This document shows positions 49,715-58,683 of a stretch of DNA of 64,000 nucleotides, piece after piece. Source of the stretch: an uncultured Gemmatimonadales bacterium (lineage in GTDB: Bacteria; Gemmatimonadota; Gemmatimonadetes; Longimicrobiales; Longimicrobiaceae); contig OY970303.1 of the NCBI GenBank assembly GCA_963716255.1, positions 1,984,001 through 2,048,000 on the forward strand, given 5' to 3'. Below the pieces are notes generated by a model. That model was not told where the DNA came from. It did no database searches and saw nothing but the letters and a program-made list of their open reading frames with translations. The translations under genes and the position numbers were made by a program. How positions within the stretch are numbered: position 1 is the first letter of the stretch; each line of letters starts with the position of its first letter.

Positions 49715-50587
49715 TCACGAATGCTCCGGGTGCGGGGCCACCGGCCCCCGTTCGGACACCATCAGCAGCACCCCCACCAGCACCAGCGCGGCGAACAGGT
49801 ACCCGGGCAGGCTCCACCGCTCGCCCCACGCCAGGTACGCGGCCACCGCGGCGACCACCGGCTCCACCATTGCGACGGTGGCGGCGCGCGTGGCGTCGAT
49901 GCGCCTCAGCCCCGCCCCGTAGAACAGGTACGAGCCGTAGGTGGGGACCGCGGCCACGAACGCCAGCGCCATCCACGCCCGGGGGCTCTTGGGGGCGAAG
50001 TCCACCAGGGGGAGCAGCGCCAGCGCGCCCACGGGGAGCGCGTACAGGAAGAGGGTGGAGGTGTCGTACCGCGCGAAGAAGCGCTTGCCGAACAGGTAGT
50101 ACAGCGCGTACGCCAGCCCGGACGCCAGCCCCCACCCCAGCGCCGCCGGGGTCACCCGCACGCCGCCCCCGCCGCCGGACGCCAGCGCGATCCCCGCCAC
50201 CCCCGCGAAGGCGAGCCCCAGCGCCACCGCCTGGCGCCCTCCCGGGCGCTCGCGCAGGAAGAGCGCGGCGAGGACCGCCACCCACACCGGCGCCGTGTAC
50301 AGGAGCACGGAGGCCAGCGCCGCGCCCCCCTCGCGCACCGCCATGAAGTAGGCCACGTACAGGAACGCCACCCCCACCAGCCCGAACCCCACCACCGCGG
50401 GCAGGTCGCGCCGCTCCACCCGCGCGCGCCTCAGCAGGGCGGCGTGCGCCCCGAAGAGCACCGCCGCGAACACCGCCCGCCAGAAGGCGACCTCCAGCGG
50501 ACCCAGCCCCTCCTGCAGCGCCACGCGCGACGCCGGACCCAGCACCCCCCACAGAACGCCCGCGCAGACTACGTAGAGATACCCCAA
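49715..50587 (-). CDS. EamA/DMT family transporter
   Basis: Ten hydrophobic helices, LLYTAPVW, EPV; probable TTG start. Confidence 0.88.
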   Translation of the reverse strand: MGYLYVVCAGVLWGVLGPASRVALQEGLGPLEVAFWRAVFAAVLFGAHAALLRRARVERRDLPAVVGFGLVGVAFLYVAYFMAVREGGAALASVLLYTAPVWVAVLAALFLRERPGGRQAVALGLAFAGVAGIALASGGGGGVRVTPAALGWGLASGLAYALYYLFGKRFFARYDTSTLFLYALPVGALALLPLVDFAPKSPRAWMALAFVAAVPTYGSYLFYGAGLRRIDATRAATVAMVEPVVAAVAAYLAWGERWSLPGYLFAALVLVGVLLMVSERGPVAPHPEHS

Positions 50588-50628
50588 TTTCGTCCCCGGT
50601 CGCGGTAGAGCACAACGGAAGTGGCTTT

Positions 50629-50762
50629 GGGCGTGCCCCCGGCTGGCGCCGGGCGTTCCGTGGGCTTCGGCTCCGTAGCAGACGAAACAACCGTCTGCAA
50701 CGGAGTCGAGCCCGCGCAAACAGCCGCGCGGTCTCGCCCCTTCGGGCCGTAATCCCTCACGC
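50629..50762 (+). repeat. Structured element A, copy 13 (small insertion after first hairpin)
   Basis: Core with CCGGGCGTTCCGTGGGCTTCGG instead of CCGGGGTCGGGCTTCGG. Confidence 0.92.
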
Positions 50763-50848
50763 AAACGGCGCCCCACCCGGAAATCCCGGTGGGGGCGCCG
50801 TTCCGCAATTTCGCACTTTCGCACTGCCGTTCCGTACTTCGTACCCCC

Positions 50849-51064
50849 TTACCGGTCCGACAGCAGGTTCCGCAGCCGCAGCTCCAGCCCCTCCTTGCGC
50901 CCCGGCTCCACGATGGCGTCGGAGATCAGGGCCAGCAGGTCGGCGTGGCGGCGCTCCAGGCTCTGGAGGCGGCCCTCCAGCGTGGCGATGCGGGCCAGAA
51001 GCACAGCGAAGACCACCACCAGCACGCCGCCCACCAGCACCAGCAGCAGTCCAATCGGCATCAT
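50849..51064 (-). CDS. Small single-TM coiled-coil protein
   Basis: GGAGG RBS, hydrophobic N-terminus, downstream of the SPFH gene. Confidence 0.65.
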   Translation of the reverse strand: MMPIGLLLVLVGGVLVVVFAVLLARIATLEGRLQSLERRHADLLALISDAIVEPGRKEGLELRLRNLLSDR

Positions 51065-51104
51065 CGGGCCTCCCCGGGTTCACGTGTGGCGCGGACCGCC
51101 GCGC

Positions 51105-51938
51105 CTACGGGCGGCCGGTGGAGCGCCACGAGTCCACCACCGAGCCGCCCAGCACGCAGCTGGACACGCCCTTGCACGCCTCCCCGATCCCGGTGGACCA
51201 GGCCTTGATCATGTCCAGCTCGATCAGGCGCGGGTTGGACTCGTAGGAGCGGGCCTGGAGCCCCTTGGCCTCGGCCTCGGCGCGGGCCTTGAGGACCTGC
51301 GCGGCGGCGTTCACCGAGTCGATCACGAACTGCTGCTGCGCGCGGTTCAGGATCTGGGCCTGCTCCGCCGCGGCGATGCGCTGCCGCTCGATCTGCTCCG
51401 GGATCTTGATGTCGCGCACGAACACCTGCTGGATGCGCGCCCGGTCCCCCACCTTGCGCTGGATGTGCACCCGCATGGAGTCGGCCAGTGCCGGGCGCCG
51501 CGCCGAGAAGATCTCCCCCACCGTCCACCCCGCCAGCGCGTTCCGGTACCCCTCGCGGATGGAGTTGCGGATCTCCGTCTCCACCGCCTCCGGCGAGCGC
51601 TTCTCGATGAACACCTGCGAGATGGTGCCCGGGTCGTAGGAGTACACGATCGCCACGTCGCCGGTGACGGTGACCGGGTCGCGCGTCTGCGCCTCCATGG
51701 TCTCCTTTTCCTCGGACGCCGCGGGGAAGTTCTGCTCGGTCATGCTGAAGCAGGTGGCCTCCGCGAAGGGAGTGAAGTTCAGCCCCGTGCCCATCTTGCG
51801 CTCCACCACGCGGCCGTAGCGGGTGAGCACGCAGTGCTCGGTGGAATCCACCACCGTCCACCCGCCCAGCGCGAGCACCAGGCCGGCGAGTACGGCGACC
51901 CCGACCCCCGCGGTCGCGATCAGAGCTCCTGGTTTCAT
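51105..51938 (-). CDS. SPFH/prohibitin family protein
   Basis: TM then V....H.VLTRYG, GLNF..PF, RDIKIP, A-E rich coiled coil. Confidence 0.88.
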   Translation of the reverse strand: MKPGALIATAGVGVAVLAGLVLALGGWTVVDSTEHCVLTRYGRVVERKMGTGLNFTPFAEATCFSMTEQNFPAASEEKETMEAQTRDPVTVTGDVAIVYSYDPGTISQVFIEKRSPEAVETEIRNSIREGYRNALAGWTVGEIFSARRPALADSMRVHIQRKVGDRARIQQVFVRDIKIPEQIERQRIAAAEQAQILNRAQQQFVIDSVNAAAQVLKARAEAEAKGLQARSYESNPRLIELDMIKAWSTGIGEACKGVSSCVLGGSVVDSWRSTGRP

Positions 51939-52108
51939 CTTGTCTCCCGGGAAGATTGAGTTGGAGGAAGTCCGCGGCCTCGTGCCGCGCGGCTGCCCCG
52001 GCGGGCCGGACCGACCGAATGGACGACCGGGTTCCCGTGCCATGGAATACGGAAGGAGGTGAGGGTTGGTTGCGAACCGCTGGAACGGCGAGTGCGAAAG
52101 TGCGCGGG

Positions 52109-53353
52109 CTACTCGTCGCCGGCGACGCGGCCGCCCAGGATGCGGCCGGGCTGCAGGGCCCCGGCGCCGAAGCGGGCGCGGATGGCGTCCGCCGCGCGGG
52201 AAAGCGAGCGGTCCCGTTCCGTCTCGGCGAGGGCGGCGTCGAAGAGCGCCATCTGCCCGGGGCCGTCCACCGGGGCGAGCGAGGACACGCCCACCCCCAG
52301 CAGGCGCACCGGGGCGCGGCGCTGCGTGCGCAGACGGGCGAGGAGCGCGCGCGCGGTGGCGTGGATCGCCCGGTCCGACTCCACCGCCTCGGGGAGGGTG
52401 CGGCTGGCCTGGCGGTCGCGGAAGTCGGCGTCGCGCACCTTGACGGTGACGGTGCGGCCGCGCAGCCCCTTGCGGCGCAGGGTGGAGCCCGTTTCCACGG
52501 CCAGTCGCAGCAGCTCGGCCCCGATCTCGTCGTCGGCCTTGAGGTCGCGCGCGAAGGTGCGCTCGTGGCTCACCGACTTGATTTCCGCGGGCTCCCCCAC
52601 CGGCGTGGGGTCGATCCCCCGCACCCGCCGGAAGAGCCAGCCCCCCCGGCTCTCCCCCAGCCACAGCGAGAGCGTCGCCTCGTCCAGCGCGAGCGCGTCG
52701 CGCACGGTGCGCACCCCGCGCCGGCGCAGCTCCTCCGCCATCACCGGTCCCACCGAGGGGAGGTCGCCCACCTCCCAGCGGAGCATGAACTCCGGCTCGC
52801 CGCCCGCGGGGACCACGTGGATCCCCTCCGGCTTGGCGAGCCGGGTCGCCATCTTGGCGATCATGCGCGTGGTCCCGCCCCCCAGCGACACCGAGATCCG
52901 CGTCTGCTCGCGGACGGCGCGGCGGATGCGCTCCGCCGTGGCCTCCAGCGGCTCGCCGCCGTACAATCGCTCCGTCCCGGTGAGGTCCAGGTAGAACTCG
53001 TCGATGGACGCCGCCTCCAGCGTGGGCGCGAAGCGGCGGAGGACCGCCTCCACCTCGCGGCTGCGGCGGGTGCACGCCGCGCGCGGCACCGGCACCACGG
53101 TGGCGCCCGGGCACAGGCGCACCGCCTGCGACATGGGCATCCCCGAGCGCACCCCGAACTTCCGCGCCCCGTACGAGGCCGAGGTCACCACCCCGCGCGA
53201 CTCCGGGCGGCCGCCCACCAGCACCAGCTCCAGGCGGCCCACGCCGTCCGGGTCCTCCAGCTTGGCCACCTGCACGAAGAACATGTCGCAGTCGGCCAGG
53301 AGGATGCGCCGGGGCGCGCCGGGGGCCGGAGGGGGTGCCGCTGGGTCGCTCAT
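52109..53353 (-). CDS. dinB: DNA polymerase IV (Y family)
   Basis: ADCDMFFVQV, SYGARKFGVRSGMP, SIDEFYLD, KPEG, SVSHERTF. Confidence 0.95.
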   Translation of the reverse strand: MSDPAAPPPAPGAPRRILLADCDMFFVQVAKLEDPDGVGRLELVLVGGRPESRGVVTSASYGARKFGVRSGMPMSQAVRLCPGATVVPVPRAACTRRSREVEAVLRRFAPTLEAASIDEFYLDLTGTERLYGGEPLEATAERIRRAVREQTRISVSLGGGTTRMIAKMATRLAKPEGIHVVPAGGEPEFMLRWEVGDLPSVGPVMAEELRRRGVRTVRDALALDEATLSLWLGESRGGWLFRRVRGIDPTPVGEPAEIKSVSHERTFARDLKADDEIGAELLRLAVETGSTLRRKGLRGRTVTVKVRDADFRDRQASRTLPEAVESDRAIHATARALLARLRTQRRAPVRLLGVGVSSLAPVDGPGQMALFDAALAETERDRSLSRAADAIRARFGAGALQPGRILGGRVAGDE

Positions 53354-53566
53354 GCGGGGGCCGGGGGAGTGCCTTCGGGGGCGGCGGGGCCCGGGCGGGC
53401 GGACCCTTTCAAAGATACGGGCGCGGACCTCCGGGGAACAGTCGCGCGCCCCGCGTGTCCCACCCCTGCCGTCACGGCCTGACGGGGATTTTCGCACGCG
53501 GCGTGGATCCTGCTTCTTCACGGGCCGGAGGGCGCGGCAACCCCGTGGCGCCAGCGAACGAAACGG

Positions 53567-54826
53567 ATGCAGAACGAGCGCAGCGAACCGACCCCAGAAT
53601 CCGAGACCCTGCTCACCGGGGGCCTCGTACCGCGGCCCGAAGACGGATCGCGGGGCAGGGCCGCCCCGGAGCCGGGCGAGCCCGCGCAGCCGGCGCCTCC
53701 CTCCCGGCCCCCGCACCGCCTGCGCGCCGGGGGCGCGGCCCCCACGCGCAGGAGCAGCTTCCTGCGGCGGCCGGTGGACTGGCTGCGCAGGTTCCCTCTG
53801 CTGCTCCTCCTCGCCTACTACGTGCTGGTCATCGCGGTGGACTCGCTGCTGGTGGCCTACGTCCCCGCCGTGCGGCGCGCATTCGTGGCGCCGGACGTCC
53901 TCACCGAGGTGGCCACGGAGGACAACTTCCTCACCTCGGTGCGGGTGCACGGGATCGGCGAGTCGCTGCTCCCCGCGCTCAACGCCACCGTGGACCGCGC
54001 CCTCATCACCCTGCTGGTGATCCTGGGCGCGCTCTCGCTGGTCATTCCGGTGGCGTGGCTCTACATGCAGACCAAGCGCTTCCGCTACGACCCGGCGCTG
54101 GTCCGCTCGGTCATCATCCTCCCCGTGGTGGTGGCCGGGATCGCGCTGGTGGTCAAGAACAGCGTGGCGCTGGCCTTCAGCCTGGCGGGGATCGTGGCGG
54201 CGGTCCGCTTCCGCAACACCCTCAAGGACCCGCGCGACGCCGTCTACATCTTCCTGGTCATCGGCATCGGCCTTTCCGCGGGGGTGCAGGCGCTGGACGT
54301 GGCGCTGGTGATGTCGCTCAGCTTCAACCTGGTGGTCCTCTTCCTGTGGAAGTACAACGTGGGCTCGGTGTACAGCGGCAGCTACGGCCGCACCGGGATC
54401 CTGTCGGCGGGCGATCCGGACCTGATGGTGGCGCAGACCCCGGAGATGCAGCGCGAGGTGCGCCGCCGCCTGCTGGAGGACGCCGACCAGCTCCGCTCCG
54501 ACGGGATCCTGCTGGTCCACTCGCCGGAGCCCGACCTGGCGCGCCAGGTGGTGCAGGAGGCGCTGGGCGACCTGGCGCGCGACTGGATGCTGGCCGAGAT
54601 CGTACGCCGCGAGGGCGGGGTGTCCACCCTGGAATACGTGCTGCGGCTCAAGAAGCAGGTCATGCCGCTGGACCTGGTGGGCGCCCTGGACGAGCGCTGG
54701 GCCACGCAGCTCGCCGCGGCCGAGTACATCCCCTTCCGCATCCGCCGCCGCAAGCGCGGCAAGGAACCGGCGAAGAAGCAGAAGAAGGACAGGGACAAGG
54801 AAAAGGAAAGGGATAGAGACCGGTGA
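53567..54826 (+). CDS. DUF4956-like membrane protein
   Basis: NSVALAFSLAGIVAAVRFRNTLKDPRDAVYIF..IGIGL. Confidence 0.85.
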   Translation: MQNERSEPTPESETLLTGGLVPRPEDGSRGRAAPEPGEPAQPAPPSRPPHRLRAGGAAPTRRSSFLRRPVDWLRRFPLLLLLAYYVLVIAVDSLLVAYVPAVRRAFVAPDVLTEVATEDNFLTSVRVHGIGESLLPALNATVDRALITLLVILGALSLVIPVAWLYMQTKRFRYDPALVRSVIILPVVVAGIALVVKNSVALAFSLAGIVAAVRFRNTLKDPRDAVYIFLVIGIGLSAGVQALDVALVMSLSFNLVVLFLWKYNVGSVYSGSYGRTGILSAGDPDLMVAQTPEMQREVRRRLLEDADQLRSDGILLVHSPEPDLARQVVQEALGDLARDWMLAEIVRREGGVSTLEYVLRLKKQVMPLDLVGALDERWATQLAAAEYIPFRIRRRKRGKEPAKKQKKDRDKEKERDRDR

Positions 54827-55992
54827 GGAGGACCGTACGGAACGTCTGCGCCGCGCTCGCCGCGGCGCTGCTCGCGAGCGGCTGCGGAAAGCCCGTGTTC
54901 AACCTGGGGAAGGTGATCGACGCCGTGTCGCGCGACTCGGTGGCGCTCGACCTGTACCTGATCGGCGACGCGGGGCTCCCGGCCCCCGGGGGCGAGCCGG
55001 TGCTGGACGCGCTGAAGCACACCCTGGCCGAGGACCCGGACCGCAGCTTCGTGGTGTACCTGGGCGACAACGTGTACCCCGCCGGCTTCCCCGCCGAAGG
55101 GAACGCGTACCGCAAGGAGGCAGAGCGCATCCTGGACGAGCAGATCGAGGTGCTGCGGGACACCCGCACCCAGGGGATCATCATCCCCGGCAACCACGAC
55201 TGGGAGGCGGGGGGCAGGGGCGGGTGGGACGCGGTCCGCCGGCAGGCCGCCTACGTGGAGGAAAAGGGCGGCGACCGCGTCCGCTTCCTCCCCAGGGGCG
55301 GGTGCCCGGGGCCGGAGGTGGTGGACGTGGGCTCGGAGGTGCGGCTGGTGGTGCTGGACACCCAGTGGTGGCTGCACGACTTCGCCAGGCCCACCACGGC
55401 CGCGTCGGGGTGCGCGGCGTACACCGACGCGATGGTGGTCGACTCGGTGCGCGCGGCGCTTCGCGGCGCCGCCGGGCGGCTCACCGTGGTGGTGGGGCAC
55501 CACCCGCTGGTGTCCGGCGGGGAGCACGGCGGGTACTTCGACTGGCCGTCGTACCTGATCCCCGTGTACCCGTGGGCGCGCCGCGGCGGCTTCGCCGACC
55601 AGGACATCTCCAGCACCGCCTACAAGAGCATGATCCGGGTGCTCACCACCGCCTTCCAGCCCGAGCGGCCCGTGGTGTACGCCGCCGGCCACGAGCACAA
55701 CCTGCAGGTGCTGCGCAGGAACCCGGCGGGATACCACCTGGTGAGCGGCGGCGGCATCTACGGGCACACCACGCAGGTGCGGGCCATCACCGGGAGCCGC
55801 TACATCAACCGGGCGAGCGGCTTCATGCGGCTCACCGTGCTCCGCGACGGGCGCGTGCGCCTGGCGGTGATCCTGGTGAACGCGAAGGGCGAGGCTTCCG
55901 AGAACTTTTCCATGTGGCTGGACCGGCCGGCGGGAACTCCCATCCCGGCACGCGACACGACACGAGCAGGTGCTGCCGATGCGGACTCCTAG
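54823..55992 (+). CDS. Calcineurin-like metallophosphoesterase lipoprotein
   Basis: Lipobox ASGC; GDAG, LGDNVY, PGNHDW, HHP, GHEH. Confidence 0.92.
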   Translation: MRRTVRNVCAALAAALLASGCGKPVFNLGKVIDAVSRDSVALDLYLIGDAGLPAPGGEPVLDALKHTLAEDPDRSFVVYLGDNVYPAGFPAEGNAYRKEAERILDEQIEVLRDTRTQGIIIPGNHDWEAGGRGGWDAVRRQAAYVEEKGGDRVRFLPRGGCPGPEVVDVGSEVRLVVLDTQWWLHDFARPTTAASGCAAYTDAMVVDSVRAALRGAAGRLTVVVGHHPLVSGGEHGGYFDWPSYLIPVYPWARRGGFADQDISSTAYKSMIRVLTTAFQPERPVVYAAGHEHNLQVLRRNPAGYHLVSGGGIYGHTTQVRAITGSRYINRASGFMRLTVLRDGRVRLAVILVNAKGEASENFSMWLDRPAGTPIPARDTTRAGAADADS

Positions 55993-58666
55993 TTTCTGCG
56001 CCCTTGCGCTGGCGCTCGCCCTGCTGGCGGCCCCCGCCGCGCTGCACGCTCAGCGCGACTCGGCCGTGGTGGTGGCGGGGCGCGAGTACGACGCCAGCCC
56101 CCGGTGGCAGGTCCTCCTGGGGTCGGACTACCGGAACCTGTGGACCACTCCGGTGCGGGTCCCGGTGCTGGACCTGCGCAGCTACGCGGGGGGGCTCACC
56201 CCCATGCGCACCGGCGGCGGGAACCAGACGCTGTCGCTGCGCTTCCAGGGCGCCGACGGGCGGGAATACGCCTTCCGCTCCGTGAACAAGGACCACACCC
56301 GCGCCCTCCCGGCCGACCTCAAGAACACCCTGGTGGACGACATCATCCAGGACCAGGTCAGCTCCCTGCACCCGGCCGCCTCCGCGGTGGCCGACCGGCT
56401 GCTGGACGCCGCCGGCGTGCTCCACGTGTCGCCGCGGCTCATGGTGATGCCCGACGCCCCTGCGCTGGGCCGCTTCCGCGAGCAGTTCGCGGGGATGCTG
56501 GGCTGGCTGGAGGTGCGCCCCAACGAGCCCGAGGACGACGACGGCGGCGACGCGGAGGGCGCGAAGGACGAGGACGCCAAGGAGGAGGAGGAGGCCGGGA
56601 AGCCGGCGGAGGGCGTGGAAGCGCAGGAGGAAGAGGAGGAGGGCCCCGACGCGGTGTGGACCGCCCCCGCCTGGGGCGGGGCGAAGCGCATCGTGAAGAC
56701 GGACAAGTTCTTCGAGGAGCTGGAGGACGGGCCGGAGAACCGCGTGGACTCGCGCGACTACCTGGCCGGGCGGCTGATGGACCTGCTCTTCGGCGACTGG
56801 GACCGCCACGAGGACCAGTACCAGTGGGCGCGCTTCGACCGGGGGGAGCAGCGCGTCTGGCGGGCCCTGCCCCGCGACCGCGACTACGTGTTCGTGGACT
56901 ACGACGGCGCCCTGGTGCGCGCCGCCGGCGGGCTCTACCCAAAGGCGGTGCTCTACGGGCCCGAGTACCCGAAGTCGCTGTACGGGCTCACCATCAACGC
57001 GCAGCACCTGGACCGGCGCCTGCTGGCGGACCTCCCGCGCCCCGCGTGGGACTCGGTGGCCGCGGCGCTCCAGTCGCGCCTGGGCGACGCGGTCATCGAG
57101 GACGCGCTGCGGCGCATGCCCCCCGAGTACCATCGCCTGAGCGCGGCCGAGGTGGGCGAGGCGCTGCGCGGCCGGCGCGACGGGCTGCGCGAGGTGGCCG
57201 CGCGCCTGTACGCGCAGATCAACACCGAGCCGGAGGTGCACGCCACCGACGAGGACGAGCTGCTGGAGGTGGAGCGCCTCCCGGACGGGAGCGTCGACGT
57301 GCGCATCTTCCTGGTGGACGAGGGCGTGGTCGCGCGGCAGCCCTACTACCGGCGCCGCTTCGTGCCGGAGGAGACGCGCGAGGTGCGCATCGACATGCAC
57401 GGCGGCGACGACCGCACCGTGGTGCGCGGGGTCGCCGGGCGGAGCGTGCTGGTGCGGGTCATGGGCGGCGGCGGCGACGACGTGTACGAGGACCGCTCCC
57501 GCGCCTGGGGGACCCGCACCGCCTTCTACGACTCGCGCGGCGACAACCGCTTCGTGAAGGGCGCGGCGACCAAGGTGGACCGGCGCCCCTACGAGGAGCC
57601 CGAGCACACCCGCGGCAACCTCACCGACCCGCCCCGCGACTGGGGGGGCAGCAGCACGTACTTCACTCCCCGCGTGGGGTGGAAGTCCAACGTGGGTCCC
57701 GTCGTGGGCGGCGGGCCGGGGAGCGTGCGCTACGGCTTCCGCCGCCAGCCGTACGCCACCCGCTGGTCGGCGGACCTGCTCTACGCCCCGCTGGAGACCC
57801 GCTTCGGCGCGGAGTTCGCCGCCGACTTCCGCCGCGTCGGCTCGCCCGACCACGTCACGGTGCTGGGGCGCGTCTCGGACATGGAGGTGACGCGCTTCCA
57901 CGGCTTCGGCAACGAGACCTCCCACGAGGAGGACGGCAGCCACTACAAGGTGTGGCACACCCAGGCCGTGGTGGAGCCGCTGTGGCACCATCTGCCGTCG
58001 GAGGGAGCGCGCCTTTCCTTTGGCCCGGTGCTCCGCTGGTACGACCCCGAGGTGCGGGACGGAACGCCGGTGGCGCTCCTCCGCCCCCGGGGCACGGAGG
58101 CGTTCGGGGAGGTGGGGGCCCAGGTACAGGCGGAGTGGGACCGCCGCGACTCCGCGGCCTACCCCCGCAGCGGCTTCCGCCTGGTGGCGGGCGGCAGCGC
58201 CTTCCCGGTGTCGTGGGACCTGGACGGCCCCTTCGGCCGCGCGCAGGCCGAGGCCAGCGGCTTCCTGTCGCTCCCCGGCGAACGCGGCCCCACGCTGGCG
58301 CTGCGCGCCGGCGGCGTCCGCGCCATGGGCGACTTCCCCTTCCAGGAAGCGGCGTTCGTGGGCGGGTCGCGCACGCTGCGGGGCTTCTCGTACCAGCGCT
58401 TCGCCGGCGATGCGGCCGTGTACGGCAACGCCGAGCTGCGCGCCCCGCTCTTCCCCGCCACCCTGGTGGTGCGCGGCGACGTGGGGCTCACCGCGCTGGC
58501 CGACGCCGGGCGGGTGTTCGTGGACGGGGAGGACTCGGACCGCTGGCACAGCTCGCTGGGAGGGGGGGTGTGGTTCGCGTTCCTGCAGCGCAAGGCCGTC
58601 GTCACCGCCCTGTTCGCCCACGGCGAGAAGGACCAGGTGTACTTCGGCATGGGCTTCCCCTTCTGA
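55979..58666 (+). CDS. Omp85/BamA-type barrel with N-terminal atypical kinase-like domain
   Basis: Signal peptide; GGGNQT, DWDRHEDQ, RDRD; C-terminal LRGF...RF.G and GFPF end. Confidence 0.8.
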   Translation: MRTPSFCALALALALLAAPAALHAQRDSAVVVAGREYDASPRWQVLLGSDYRNLWTTPVRVPVLDLRSYAGGLTPMRTGGGNQTLSLRFQGADGREYAFRSVNKDHTRALPADLKNTLVDDIIQDQVSSLHPAASAVADRLLDAAGVLHVSPRLMVMPDAPALGRFREQFAGMLGWLEVRPNEPEDDDGGDAEGAKDEDAKEEEEAGKPAEGVEAQEEEEEGPDAVWTAPAWGGAKRIVKTDKFFEELEDGPENRVDSRDYLAGRLMDLLFGDWDRHEDQYQWARFDRGEQRVWRALPRDRDYVFVDYDGALVRAAGGLYPKAVLYGPEYPKSLYGLTINAQHLDRRLLADLPRPAWDSVAAALQSRLGDAVIEDALRRMPPEYHRLSAAEVGEALRGRRDGLREVAARLYAQINTEPEVHATDEDELLEVERLPDGSVDVRIFLVDEGVVARQPYYRRRFVPEETREVRIDMHGGDDRTVVRGVAGRSVLVRVMGGGGDDVYEDRSRAWGTRTAFYDSRGDNRFVKGAATKVDRRPYEEPEHTRGNLTDPPRDWGGSSTYFTPRVGWKSNVGPVVGGGPGSVRYGFRRQPYATRWSADLLYAPLETRFGAEFAADFRRVGSPDHVTVLGRVSDMEVTRFHGFGNETSHEEDGSHYKVWHTQAVVEPLWHHLPSEGARLSFGPVLRWYDPEVRDGTPVALLRPRGTEAFGEVGAQVQAEWDRRDSAAYPRSGFRLVAGGSAFPVSWDLDGPFGRAQAEASGFLSLPGERGPTLALRAGGVRAMGDFPFQEAAFVGGSRTLRGFSYQRFAGDAAVYGNAELRAPLFPATLVVRGDVGLTALADAGRVFVDGEDSDRWHSSLGGGVWFAFLQRKAVVTALFAHGEKDQVYFGMGFPF

Positions 58667-58683
58667 GCGCGCGGCCGCGGGCC

